Positions 1-11,975 of a stretch of 64,000 bases of DNA are shown piece by piece; the first letter of the stretch is position 1, and every line of letters begins with the position of its first letter. The notes under the pieces are model-generated. The model saw nothing but the letters and a program-made list of their open reading frames with translations, searched no databases and was not told the DNA's origin. The position numbers were made by a program, and so were the translations under genes. Source of the stretch: Scenedesmus sp. PABB004 (taxonomy: Eukaryota); NCBI GenBank assembly GCA_014905635.1, contig JABVCE010000032.1, forward strand, positions 248,001 to 312,000, given 5' to 3'.

Positions 1-220
1 CCGCCCGTGCTCCTGACCATTGTCGGGGCGTTATGGCTCCGTGGCTGTGACTGAGGCATGGCGGGCGGCCGCGGTCGCCGGGTGCGTCTGTCACATGGCT
101 GGAAACCCCAAGGCTTCAAAACTGACAGTCAAAAAGTCAAAGTGATGTTCCTGCCTCCTGCAGCAACTCTCGCAGAGGACGACACTTGGCAGGGGGGAGA
201 CTGGTTGCGTCTGCGGCTTT

Positions 221-792
221 GTGGAAAGTCCAAGTAAAGCCTGGTGGCGCCCCACTATCGACGAAGTGGACGTCGAGATTGTCTGCGCAGACTGCAGCGT
301 GCACGAGTGTGTATGTCGAGCGGTTGGCTGTGAGCGCTTTGAAATCAACCAGGCTTGCTTCAGCGGCCGCCGCTGGGACGGCGCCCGCAGGTGGCCGCTG
401 CGGCGCTGGCTGCCACGTGGGCTGGCGCACGTGGCAAAACACATCAAGTGTACAATTATTCAACTGTGCGTAGGACTTGCCGCGAACTTTTTGAGCATGT
501 CCCGGGCGTCGCCGATGAAGGTGGCGGCGATGCGGGGAGGCGCGGACACGAAAGAAACACTCGTGGCGCGCGCAGCACGGCGGTGGAGGCGAGCATGTGC
601 AGAGCAATGCTGCAAGACGCACACGTGCCGGGCCTGATCGACGAGTTCCTGTTTGGCTACCACGTCACCTTTGCGCCCATGGTGGGAGCGGGCTGGGGTT
701 TGACGATCGATTCGAATGCGATGCTTGTGGACGCGTTCCAGCTGTTTGCAGAGCTGCGGCGGCACGGCGTGCGCGCGCACTCCTGGGTGTAA
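221..792 (+). pseudogene. Degenerate FkbM-like (Methyltransf_21-type) methyltransferase remnant
   Basis: The C-terminal frame reads GLIDEFLFGYHV...W...DAFQLFAELRRHGVRAHSWV*, resembling the DELFFEHHV...LF..LR..GIRAH.W ending of algal/plant FkbM-type proteins. The upstream part is in another frame (frameshifted) and of lower GC. Confidence 0.4.
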
Positions 793-1421
793 TGTCTGAC
801 TGCCTGCTGGATCCGGGCGTCGCGCGTGAGCAGTTGCACGCCAACCATGCCACACGCTCACGAGGCGTGCTGGCGGCCGCGCGCGTGCAGGCATGCCCCC
901 CCCCCTCCCCAGCCACGCGTGCAGACCACCTGACGAACTCGAGGGGGCCCAGCAGCATCAATCCAGCTGGCTACCAACACAAACTCTCGACTGTGGCCAA
1001 CCCGCGCGCGGAACGTCAGCTGCGCTGGCATCCGCGTGCACTGGCAGCAGCTGCGCAGCTACTGGTGCGTGGAGCCAGCGGGGGGCGTCCTGCCAAGCAT
1101 TCCTGGCCGTCTGCACTTGCACAACCATGCAGGACGCTGCCCTGGGTATGTGGAGGTGTCGCTGGAGGCATCGCTCGACTGAGCCCAGGCTGACCAGAGC
1201 ATAAGAGTGTCGGCACCATTGCCAAGTGCTGGGCCGCCGCCCTGGCCCGAGCTCACCCGACCATCCACTCTGCCCAGCCATGATGCAGGTAATGTGCTGG
1301 CCTGTGGCTGGCATGGGTGAGCGCCGGCATCACACCACGGCGTCCCACTAGGCGGCGAGCAGCCCGCGCAGTAGCCACGGATGACACCGGCCGCCAGCTG
1401 CACCCGCAGCCGGCGCTGCAG

Positions 1422-1950
1422 GTCGCGTCGATGCAGCAGTACGAGCTCGTGTCGGAGGCGCCGCTGCACAGCCGCTACCTGACCGTGTACGACCGCCGCG
1501 TGCGCTTCTGCGCGCCCGGCAACCCCGCCGAGGTGCGGAGCGGGGCGCAGGGGGCTAGACGGTCGCACCGCGCGCGCACACCCAGGGCCGGCGCTGACCG
1601 CAGCCCGCGGCCGCCGGGCCACCTCGCGCGCGCGACACAGTGCCGCGTGCTCGACTTTGACGTCGTGGGCCACCCGCGCGCCAACTTCTGCTTCGCGGTC
1701 ACCTTTCCCTTCCACCCCTACAAGGACGGCCGCAGCGGCGGCGAGGTGCGGCGGCGGCTGCGCTGCGTGGGGCGCGCAGGTGAGGGGCACCGCCTGCGGC
1801 TCACGCCGCCCGCGCGCCCTCCCGCCCGGCCGCCAGGTCACGCTCATCCGCGAGTACGCGCAGGGCCCGCACGCGCTGGCCTACTGCCTGCCCACGGGCG
1901 GGCTGGACCCGGGGCGCCACACAGCCCTGGAACTGCAGCGCCACCATTGA
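1422..1950 (+). pseudogene. Truncated NUDIX hydrolase (three exons)
   Basis: Spliced exons YLTVYDRRVRF / LDFDVVGHPRANFCFAVTFPFH / VTLIREYAQG...YCLPTGGLDPGRH. The frame stops inside the Nudix box before REUxEE, and there is no clear first exon. Confidence 0.65.
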
Positions 1951-2089
1951 CGCAGTGGAAGTCGCGATTGTCGGCGCAGACCGCAGTCGCTCAGCGGCAC
2001 GGGCGCGCAGCCCCTGCCAAAAGCTGGGCGACGTTGCGCCCGAGAAAGCGACAAGTTACCTGGGGCGGCGGTGGCGCCAACGCTGGCTT

Positions 2090-2650
2090 GACCCCCCCCC
2101 CCCCTCCGCCGCCTTGCCCCCCCCCCCCGCCCCCTGCCCCCACCCACCCCCGCCTTGCGCGCCCCCCCCCCCCCCCCCCCGCCTGCCTCCCACCCCCCCC
2201 CGGTCGCCTCGCCCCCCCCCCCCCCGCCTTGCGCCCCCCCCCCCCCCCGCCTGCCTCCCACCCCCCTCCCCCCCCGGTCGCCTTGTGCCCTCCCCCCTGC
2301 CCCCCCCCCGTCGCCTTGCCCCCCCCCCGCCCTGCCTTGCCCCCCCCCTGGCCCCCATGCCCACCCCCTTGGCCCCCTCCTCCCCTCTTCATCACATCCC
2401 CCGGCCCCCCCCCCCCCCCCCTTGCCCTGCCCCCCCCCCCCGCTGCCCTGCCCCCCCGCTGCCCTGCCCCCCCCCTGCCCTGCCTTGCCCCCCCCCTGCC
2501 TTGGGGCCCCCCTTGCCCCCACTTGCCCCCCCCTGCCCCCCCTTGCCCCCCCCTCCCTCCCCCTCCCCCCTCTCCCCCACACGTCAAGCCCACCCGACCC
2601 CAACCCTAAACCCTAAACCCTCACCCCCCCTCAACCCCCCCCCCGCCCGC
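2090..2650. repeat. Poly-C low-complexity tract with short CCCTAAA telomere-type repeat (2602-2621)
   Basis: Long C runs interrupted by CCTTG units; AACCCTAAACCCTAAACCCT at 2602-2621. Confidence 0.85.
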
Positions 2651-2653
2651 TCC

Positions 2654-5600
2654 CACCTGCATGTGCCAGTAGCGCTGGTGGTGGCGGTCGGTGCCCAGCG
2701 GCTCGGAGCGAATCGCCGCCCTTGCCCTTGGACTTGCTACCGCCCTTGCCGCTGCCGCCCTTGCCCTTGCTGCGGCCGCCGCCGCGACCGGTTGGCGCGG
2801 CGGGCGGCGCCGGCGCGCCCTTGGCAGCCCCGGCGCCGCCCTCCTCCCCGCCCTCGGCGCCGTCGGCGCCGTCAGCGCCGTCGCCGCCCTCGCCCGCGGC
2901 CGCCTTCTCGGCTGCCGCCGCCGCCGCGGCCGCTGCGGCCGCCTCCTGCTGCTCTGCGAGCTCCGCCGCCGACACGGGCATGACAAACTCGGCCTCGTAC
3001 GCGTCCGCCTCGCGCACCGCCTCGTCCAGCAGCTCCTCGGTCGCGCCAGGCGGGCGGCCGTCGCCGACGCGCGACAGCGCGGCCTCAAGCTCCTCCAGCA
3101 CCTGGCCTGCGGGCGGAGGGGCGCGGAGGGGCGCGTCGTCGCCCTGCCCGCCCCCGCCGCAGCAGGCAGCGCGCGGGACCCCGGCGCAAGGCGCGGCGCA
3201 AGGCGCGTGCAGCCGCCCGCTCACAGAGCTCGTCCACGCTCGTCTTGCCGCGCAGGCGGGCGCGCCAGTGCTTGACGGGCAGCTCGTAGACGCCCGCGCC
3301 CACGAGCGTGCTCACCAGCGCCTCCAGCTCGCTCAGGCACGCCGCCACCGCGGTCGCCTCCGCGCACGCCTGGGCGGGCAGGCGGGCGGCAGCGGCGCTG
3401 CGCTCGGATGGGCTCTACGTGCAGCCGGCGCCGCGCGTCCCCCCCCCCCCCACCCACCTGCAGCTCCTCGGGGGACGGCGGCGCCGCGCGGGCGCGCCCC
3501 TGAAGCTGCTGCCCGCCGGCCCGCCCCCGCGCGGCCAGCCCGCCGTGTCCAGGGGCGCGCTGACCGGCATGGCCGCCGCCGCGCGGCGCAGCCAGGCGGC
3601 GCGCTGCCGGCGGCCGCGCGGCACGGAGCGCACGTCGAGCGGCAGCTCCGGCGGGCGCAGGCAGCGGGTAAACTCGTCGCGGCGCCTGTGCAGCGCCTGG
3701 TGCAGCGCGCCCTCGCGTGAGCCGCGCTTGTTGAGCGCCGCCAGCAGCGCGTCGAGCTGCACGCGGCTGGTGATGAGGCCCAGCGAGTCGCCCCCGGCCG
3801 ACTCGACAAAGATGACGGACGGGTCGGACTGCAAGCGCGCGGGGCGCGGTGGCGGCGGTAGGGGAAGGGGAGAGGGGCGTCAGAGCGCCCTCTCCTCCCC
3901 CCGCTCGCCAGCCCCCGCGCCCACCTGCATGTGCCAGTAGCGCTGGTGGTGGCGGTCGGTGCCCAGCGGCTCGGACCGGATCGCCTGCCGCGCCGGGTCG
4001 GCGGCGAGCGCCTCGCAGCCCTCAGCGCCGCGCCACGCGCTGCTGCCGCCGCCGCCGCCGCCGTGCCAGCCGTCCGCGGCGCTGGAGGGGTCGGGCGTGT
4101 CGTCGCGCGCGCTGAAGCCTGCGGGGGGGGGGGCACGGGCGCATGGGGCGGCCGGCTGCGCGCCCGCCGCACACACCCCGTGCGCCGGCAGGCACCACGC
4201 CCCCCTCTCCCAGGCACCCCCCCTCCCCACCCACCCACACACAGACACACACCGTGCGCGCCGTCCGCCAGCTCGCAGGCGTCACCCCCGATGGCGCTGC
4301 CGCTGCGCGCGCGCTTGAGCGGCGGCTCCCCGCCGCTGCCCTCGCCGCCGCCCTCGCACGCGCCGCTGAGGCCGCCCGAGTCGCCGGGGCCGGGCGTGGC
4401 CGCGGCGGACGCCAGCAGCTCGCGCGTGCGCTTGTCCCTGCGCGGCGGGAGGGGGGGGGGGGGGGTCAGGCCGCGCCGCGCCCGCCTGCCCGCGCTGGCA
4501 GCCCCGGGCGCGCCCCACTCACCGCGCGGCCTGCGCCGCCTCCTTGCGCGCGCGCGCCGCCTCGCGCTCCCTGCGCCGCTCCTCCGCGTTGGCGTGGTAC
4601 TGGCGGGTGGACTGGCTGATGGTCGCGTCCAGCCTGGGAGTGTGTGTGAGTTGGGGGGGGGGATTGGGAGTGGGGGGTTGGGGAGGGGGGAGGGGGGCGG
4701 GCGACGGTGCAGCGCGGCGCCCCCCCGCCATCCCCTCCCCCCCTTGCCCCTCCCCCACCATCCACTCCCCCCTGCCCCCCCCCCCCCCCCCCCCCCGCTA
4801 CCCTCCCCCCCCCCCACCTGGCCCCCCCACCTGCCCCCGATCTCGGTCTTCATGTTGAAGCAGTTGACCACGTCGTTACACAGCGCGTGCAGCAGGCGTA
4901 GGTGCAACTCGGGCGGCAGCGACCACACCGCCTGGGCGGACAGGGGGCAACGGCAGACGCAGCGCCGTCAGGCGCGGCGCTGGAGCGCAGCCGCCGCCGC
5001 TGCACGCGTCGCAACGCCGGCGCCGCACCCGCTTGCCCAGCTCCACCGCGGCGTGGACCATGACCAGGTCGTCGCTGAGGCTCGCGCACGCGTCGCCGCG
5101 CGCCAGCTCGCTCTCGCGCACGCGCAGGCTGCTGCGCGACAGCAGGCAGTACCTGCCGGGGGGTGTGCATATTCGTTTGTGTGGGGGCAGGGGGGGCATG
5201 AGCGGCTGGCGGCTCCCCCGCCATGAGCGCAGCCCCGCTGCCCCCCCCACACACACCTGCGCAGCAGCTCCTGCCAGGTCGCGTTGCCGTTGGGCGGGAG
5301 GCCATTGTGCGGGCCGCACCATTCCGGGCGCTGCGCGGCGGCGCCGCGCGCCGCGACCGCGCTGCTGCGCTCCAGGCAGCGCGCCCAGCGCTTGACGCGC
5401 GCGCCGACGTGCCCAGACTCGATGTGGCTCTGCGCGCGGCGGCACAGGGTGAGCGCGGCGGTGCCTGCGGTGCGTTGCGTGTTGCGCCGCGCCCTCCCCC
5501 CCCCACACACACACACACGCACCCACACACCCACACACCCACATCCACCCACCGCCCGCCCGCGCGCACCCACTGCGCCAGCAGGTACTTGACGAGGCTG

Positions 5601-7044
5601 CTGTAGAGCTCAAACAGCTCGGGCCCGTCCAGCGGCCACGCGGCCGCCTGCTGCAGCTGGCCCAGGTTGAGGTGCGGCGCGCCGCACACGGGCGCAAAGG
5701 TCGCCAGGAACTCGGCCACCGCCAGCGCGTCCATGAGGCTGCGCAGCTGGCGCTCGTCCTGCGGCGGCGGTGTGGCAGCGAGTGGGCGCAACCAGGGCGC
5801 GCGGCGGGCTGGGCGGGGGCGCGGCGCGCGGCGTTGCGAAGCCCCCCCCCCCCCACACCCGAATGACGTCCTGCAGCGGCGGCGGGCCTGCGGCGGTGGC
5901 CTGCAGACGCCGGTCCGCAGTCTGGAGCAGCTGGCCGCCCGCGTGCGCCACGAACGCGCCGCCGCCGTAGGCAGCATAGGGCGCGGCCGCAACGCCGCCG
6001 CGCCGGCCGCCGGGCGGCAGCGGCGGCAGGCCCTGCTGCAGGTCGACAGCGTCCTGCGTTGGGGCAAGGGCAGCGCGAGGGTGGGGCGGACGGGCGGGCG
6101 GGAAGGGGAGCAGGCAGGAGGCATCACCCCTGCCCGCGCGCCCACTCACGTCCACGCTGCGGGCGGCGCCCTGCAACCGCGGCAGCTCCATGGAAATGTC
6201 GTCCGGCGCGCCGCTGCAGGAGGGCGGCAGGCGGCGGTCAGCGGCCAGTGCACCAGGGGCGGCGCGCCGTCCCCACCACCCACCGTGCACCGCGCTCGGC
6301 GTCCTGCCTGCCGCTGCCGCGCGGGCCGCCCGGCAGCGGCAGGCAGCTGCGGGCAGGGCAAGGCAGCGGCGCGGGCGAGCGCTGAGCGGGCAGCAGGGGC
6401 GACCCCCACCGCCAGCCGTGCTCCCGCCCACCTCGGGCAGGCCCACTCGCCCTCGGGCAGGTCGGCCCAGTCGAGCCCCAGGCAGGAGACGTGTTGCGCA
6501 CGCGGGCAAAAGTCGCAGAGCAGCAGCGGGCTGAACGACGCGTGGTGCGCCTGCCCGCACGCGCCGCACGCCGCGGCGTTGGCGGCAAACGCCTGGCGCC
6601 GCAGCCGGGCGTGCGCGGGGTTGGGCGCGCCCGGCGCCAGCGGCGCCGACTGGTCGGCCGGCGCGCTGCCGCCGCCGCCGGGCGCGCCCGCGCGGAACTG
6701 CCGCCATAGCTCCGCCGCCGTCGCCGGCTCCAGGTGCGGCGCGAGCTTGGTCAGCACGTCGGCGATGTGCACGGGCTGCTGTGAGCTCGCCAGCGTCGTC
6801 TGCAGCATCTCTGCGATGCGTGCGTGGGGCTGAGCGTGGATCGCAACAGCAGACCAGCATCTGGCGGCGGCCCCCCCCCCCCCTCCTGCGCACCCGGCGC
6901 CATGGACGCGAGCGGCAGCATCTTGCGCGCGTCGTCGTGGTGCTCGAGCAGCCGGATGACCGTCTGCAGCACCCGGCACTGCGCCACGCTGGGAGGTGGC
7001 GGAGGCTGGGGCGGCGCTGCCGAGGCGCCACCGCCGTTCTCCAT
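2654..7044 (-). CDS. PHD finger + DDT + WHIM1 + WSD (WHIM2/3) chromatin protein (ISWI-partner type), multi-exon, 3' end unresolved
   Basis: ATG 7044. PHD CGAC...LLLCDFCPRAQHVSCLGL..LPEGEWACPR (~6430-6575); DDT DALAVAEFLATF...LNLGQL (~5570-5760); WHIM1 WSLPPELHLRLLHALC (~4860-4930); WHIM2 IRSEPLGTDRHHQRYW (~3925-3985); WHIM3 QLDALLAALNKRGSREGAL. Confidence 0.85.
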
Positions 7045-7554
7045 GGCGCCTGCGCAGCGACAGCGGAGCAGCGGCGGCAGCGTCAGTGAGCCGCGGCGGG
7101 CCCGTGCGCGCGGCTGCCGGCCATGCGGCGCCGGATACGAGATTATGGGCATTTAATGCATGCGCACGTGGCGCACCAGGTCGCGGCGCGGGCCCGCGGC
7201 GACGGGAGCGACCCGCCACCAACCCGCACCTTGCCGTCCGCCTCTCGCGGGCCGCTCGCAGCCGCCGCTCGTGCTCGGGACCACAGGTGAGCGACTTGCG
7301 CACGCTCGAAACGCCACGGGATGAGGCGCTGCTGCACCAGGGAGGCGGGCGCTGCTTCGCGGCTCCTTGCTGCACTGACCGGCCGTGAGGCGTGGGGCCG
7401 CCCACAGGGTGTGCGCCCCAGTTGAGGAGAGGGACAGCTGGCCGCCGCCACAGGACGCAGCGGCCGCTGGGCCCTGCCGCCAGGCCCTGGCCGCTGCGCC
7501 GTCGCTGAAGGGGGCCAGCGGCGGCAGCTCCACCAGGAAGCTCCGCCGGGCAGC

Positions 7555-8799
7555 TGGGCGTGGCGCTGCTGGCGTGGGCCAAGGGCACCGCGCTGCGCAA
7601 GGGCCGGCCGTACACGGCGACGGTCGAGTTCCCGCTGGCCTGCGGCATCACCGTGGGCACGCAGGTGCGCCGGGGGAAGTTGGCGGGCGGCGGGCGCGCG
7701 AGTCTTCGCGCGCCCGTCGCTAGCTTGCAGGCCGCTCACCGGCCCCCGCTGCTGCCGCTGCGCTACGCTGCGCCGCTCGCAGGAGCGCATCCGTGGCGTC
7801 GCGGTGGGCAGCGTGCTGAGCGTGAAGCCCAGCCTCGACAAGGTCGACGTGCTCGTCGAGGTGCGCCGGTGGCGGGGCGGCGCGGTACCTGCCTCGCCCC
7901 AGTGCCGCAACGCGCGCGTCCGCCGCCATGCGGCTTCGGCACCTGCGCACTCGTGCCCTGCGCCCGCAGGTGAACGACGTGTCCAGCGTCATCCCGCGGA
8001 ACAGCGTGGTCGAGGCCAACCAGAGCGGCCTCATCGCGGAGCCGCTGGTCGACATCACGCCCCAGCTGCGGCTGCCCACCTACACGTAAGCGCTGCGCCG
8101 CCAGCCCGCTCGAACTGCGCGCCCGCGCCGCCACGCGCGCGGCAGGCGCGCCGTGCACGCCGCCGCGCCGCCGCGCGCCACAGCGCGTCGCCGCTCGAAG
8201 TGGCCGCGTGCGAGGCGGAGGGTGCGATCGTGTGCGCGGCGGGGCACATCCGGGGGCAGCAGGGCGTGGCGCTGGACGACATGGTGTACGTGATGACGCG
8301 CACGGCGCGCCAGATGGAGGAGGTGCGGGGCGCGGTACGGCTGGGTTATGGAGGCTGGGCGTGCGGCAGGCTGCATGTGTAATGTGCCGCCCACGCAACC
8401 TGCCCTCGCAGGAGGGCGTCGACAAGTTCTTTGAGGCCGCGCAGGCCGCCAAGGCGGCGCTGGAGGAGGCAGCGCTGCTGCTGGAGGAGGCCGCGCAGCT
8501 CACCAAGGAGGTCACGCCCCTGCTGCAGGTGCGGCTGAGGGGGGCAAGTGAGGCGCGAGGCACGCGCTGGGCTCACCGAGGCGGCGGTGGGCGCTGCGGC
8601 CGACATCCAGGCGCTGCAGAGCGCGGTGCTGACCGACGACAACGTGCGTGCGCTGCGCGCCGCGGTGATGACGCTGTGCAAGACGCTGGAGCACGTGGAG
8701 AGCATCAGCGCCGACGTGAGCGTGTTCAGCCGCGACACGGGCGTGCAGCGCAACCTGAAGACGCTCATCACCGCGCTCAGCCGCATCATCGAGGAGTGA
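7555..8799 (+). pseudogene. TGD2: TGD2/MlaD (MCE-domain lipid transport) copy, apparently decayed
   Basis: Exons YTATVEFPLACGITVGTQ / RIRGVAVGSVLSVKPSL / VIPRNSVVEANQSGLIAEPLVDITP / ...LKTLITALSRIIEE*. I found no transit-peptide exon, VRIRG reads ERIRG, and the last intron lacks an acceptor at ~8570. Confidence 0.7.
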
Positions 8800-9097
8800 A
8801 GGGGCGGGGGGGGGGGGGGCAGCGAGGAGGGGGGGGGCATGAGACTGGCGGTGGTGACCGCGAGCCGGGGCTTGTGAGCGTTGAACCGCACGCGACGCCG
8901 CCGCCTCGCCAGTAGGGTGCCGGCGCCAGCGCCTGCCGCACACAGCAGCGGTTCGCGCACGGCTGAGCAGTGGGCTCCCCGTTCATCAGGCGCATCGGGC
9001 GTGCCGCCGTTGCCGCTGTCGCCCCGGGTGCTCCGGCCGCTGCCCGCGGGCGCACGCGGTACGACGTCCTTGCCCCACGTGGGCGCGTCGCTCCCCG

Positions 9098-9382
9098 TCT
9101 TCGAGCGCGACAAGCTGGAGCGCCAGGTGGCGCGCCTCGAGGGCCAGGCGGTCGCAGGGGATGTGCCCCACCGCCTGCTGCCACCGCCGCGTCGCGCCCA
9201 GCCTACGGCAACGAGCAACGGGCTGCGCGCCCGAGCAGCGGGCTGGCCTACGTGACACGCCGCAGGCGCAGGCGGCGCTCGGCGCGGTGCGCGTGCGTTT
9301 GCGCGGGATGGTTCGCGTGCGCTGAGCGAGGCGGCGGGCCTGGCAGAGGCCGACGAGGGCGCGGGCCTCGGCGCGTGGCGGT
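9098..9382 (+). pseudogene. EFG1 fragment copy 1
   Basis: TCTTCGAGCGCGACAAGCTGGAGCGCCAGG... aligns to 23447-23770 with an internal deletion. Confidence 0.8.
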
Positions 9383-9531
9383 CGGCTGGCCAGCACGCGC
9401 CGCTCATCAACTGCGTCACTGGCACGCCCAAGCTGCTCCAGGGAGGGGACGGTTGGTGGCACGCGCGCGCCACGGCACTCGCGTCACGGCACTCCACACA
9501 GCTGGCCTTGCGACGGCCGTGGCACGCTGCG

Positions 9532-9569
<38 letters not shown>

Positions 9570-9599
9570 TGCCGCGCGCCGCCGCCGCCGCCGCTGCCG

Positions 9600-10853
9600 C
9601 GGCAGCACCACCATGACGGCCGTCTTGGACGCGTCACTGGCATCGACGCGTCGCTGGCATCGACGCTTCGAGTCGCCAGCGGTTGAGCGCAGCACGCGTG
9701 ACGTCGGCAAGGCTCTGCGTCTACTCCGGTGAGCCAGCCACGCCAGCACAGTCGTCCGCGTACATCAGCGCGACAAGCTTGTCGCCAGGTGCCGCGTGCG
9801 GGGCCGGTGCAGCGGCCCCAGCCGGCAGCGCAGCGGCCGGCGCAGGGAGCGGCACACCCGGATGTGCAGCCCACACCTCGCGCAGCACCGCGTCGACTAA
9901 CACGGTGAACATGGTGGCGGCCAGCGTGTCGCCCTGCTCCCAGCCCATGCCCGGCTGGTAAGCAGCCGACAGCGCGCTGCGGTGCAGCACGCGGCTGCGC
10001 GGGCCGTCCGTCATCTGCGCCAGTACGCGGAAGAGCTTGCCGCGCACTCCCCATTGCCACAGTTGCCACAACAGCCCGGCGCGCCAGACGGTGTCGTAGG
10101 CCTTGTGGATGTCCAGGAAGAGGACATACGAGTCGAGGCCTTGCGCGCGACGCGCTGCAAGGCAGGACGTGAGGATGAACACGTTGTCCTGCGCATTGCG
10201 GCCGGGCCTGAAGCCCTGCTGGGCGTCGTGGAGGCGGTCGCCCTGCTGGAGGTGGGGGACGAGGCGGGCGTTGAGTACGAGGTTGTACAGCTTGTCCACC
10301 GTGGAGCCCAAGGTGATCGGCCGGTAGTTGGCGGGCTCAGCGCGGTCGCTGCGCTTGTAGATCGGGCGCACAACGCCATCAGCCTGCGCCTTGACCTCCA
10401 GCTCGAACTGCAGGTTGTAGAAGGCAGCCAGCGCAGCCCAGACTGCCTCGCCACCAAACGCAAGAGTTCGTTGGGCACGTCGTCGAGCGGGCTGGGCGCG
10501 CGGTTGTTCTTCAGCGTACTGGCTTGATCGGCAATGTCGTCGATGGTGATGGGTGCCGACAGACTCGTACGCCCCTCAGCCGCGTGCGACGCCTCAGCGC
10601 GGAGGCGTGCGACGTCGGCCTCCACCAGCTGGCGGTGCTGCTCGTCAAAGTCGGCGCCCGCCGCGAACGCCGCCTGGTCGCCGATCGACGCGCACTGCCC
10701 CGCCAGCGCGTCCGCAATCTGCTGGTCGCCGACCACCGGGCCATCGCCGGCTGTGCTGCCGGGCACACTCAGCGCGCTGGGCCCGGCGTCGCGTGCGCCC
10801 ACATGCGTTTGTCATCCCGCACCGCATGCAGCTCGAACACGCGCTGCCATGAA
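9600..10853 (-). mobile_element. Degenerate non-LTR retrotransposon (LINE, RTE/RTEX-like) reverse transcriptase fragment
   Basis: PIYK..DRAEPANYRPITL, QQGFRPGR, FLDIHKAYDTV, G..QGDTL, MYADD, SKTAVMV. Frameshift near 10400 and an in-frame stop at 9721. Confidence 0.93.
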
Positions 10854-10855
10854 GG

Positions 10856-11505
10856 GGCATGGTGGCGGTCACGCTGCGCGAGGCGGCGGGCCTGGCCGAG
10901 GCCGACGAGGGCGCGACCTCGGTGCCGCGGCGGTAGCAGCCGGGGTGGCAGGTGCAGCAGGGGGCGCCGCACTGCGGCACACGCCGGGCAAGCAGCTGCA
11001 GCAGGCACAGCAGCAGGGGGGCGAGGACGCTGGCGGCGGCGGGGAGGAGGCCAATGACTTTTTCCTGGGCGGCAGCAGCGGCGAGGATGGCGGCAGCGCG
11101 AGCGATGGCGGCGGGCAGCCGGGGCGGTTGCCTGCCACCCAGCCGCCCCAGCAGCGGCGGCGGCAGCCGCAGCAACAGCAGCCCAAGCGGCTGCGGCGCG
11201 ACGCCGCCGAGCTGGCGACGGTGGCTGAGCCTGATGCCAGCAGCGCCAGCAGCAGCGAGCTCGGCGCCAGTTGGGGGAGCGACACCAGCAGCAGCGGTGA
11301 GGCGGGCGACAGCAGCGGGGAGGCAAGCGAGGGCGGCGCTGGCGGTGCGGGCGACATCGCTGCCTGGCTAGAGCAGCAGCGGCGGCAGGCAGCGCCGCTG
11401 CTGGCCAGCACGGACGGCGGCGGGCAGCCCAAGCACCGCCAAAGCAGCAGCAGCCTGCAGGGCCGCAGTGGGCGGAGCGCGGCAAGCCGGCGGGGCCCAA
11501 GCTCC
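10856..11505 (+). pseudogene. EFG1 last-exon fragment copy 2
   Basis: Aligns to 23690-24410 (EEANDFFLGGSSGE, GDIAAWLEQQRRQAAPLL). Confidence 0.85.
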
Positions 11506-11548
11506 GTGCAGCTTGCAGCGCGGCCAACGCGCGCGGCGGCGGCTGCTA

Positions 11549-11668
11549 GGCATGGTGGCGGTCGCGCTGCGCAAGGCGGCGGGCCTGGCCGAGGCCGGCG
11601 AGGGCGCAGGCCTGAGCGCCGTGGCTGTGGCAGCTGGGGCGGCGGGCGTGGCGGGGAGCGCCACGCAG
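11549..11668 (+). pseudogene. EFG1 fragment copy 3
   Basis: Begins GGCATGGTGGCGGTC, the same breakpoint as copy 2; aligns to 23690-23805. Confidence 0.8.
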
Positions 11669-11679
11669 CTACCGAGCCC

Positions 11680-11890
11680 AGAAAGGTTTCCGCGGAAAAC
11701 AAATCAGCGAACAGACAACCTTTCTTCTGCGAAATACAAACAAAAATAATCAAAACTTGAATTATTTACATCATACGCATTCGAACCATTTCCCGCATTT
11801 CGAAACATTTGCCATTATTATTTCCATCGAAAAATACTCGGCGGCCACCCGCGGTAATTATTCTGCGGCAAAATACACATACTAAACGGA
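11680..11890 (+). promoter_or_regulatory. AT-rich promoter with palindrome TTTCCGCGGAAA (11687-11698) and related half-sites
   Basis: Sharp AT-rich island upstream of ATG 11976. The same palindrome occurs at 56869-56882, and an E2F-like TTTCCCGC is at ~11789. Confidence 0.55.
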
Positions 11891-11975
11891 CCTGCCCCGC
11901 ACCCTCCGCCACCGACCTGCCCTGCGGTTCGTCTCTCGCACCTACACCCGTCGACTGACACCGGACACAGCCACC

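Noticed and set aside
1317..2983. Pro-rich or Gly-rich ORFs as extensin or collagen-like genes
   Set aside because: They are translations of the poly-C tract, open in many frames and without a signal peptide.
11520..11550. Helitron 3' end (CTAG before EFG1 copy 3)
   Set aside because: No convincing subterminal hairpin, matching 5' TC end or Rep/helicase.
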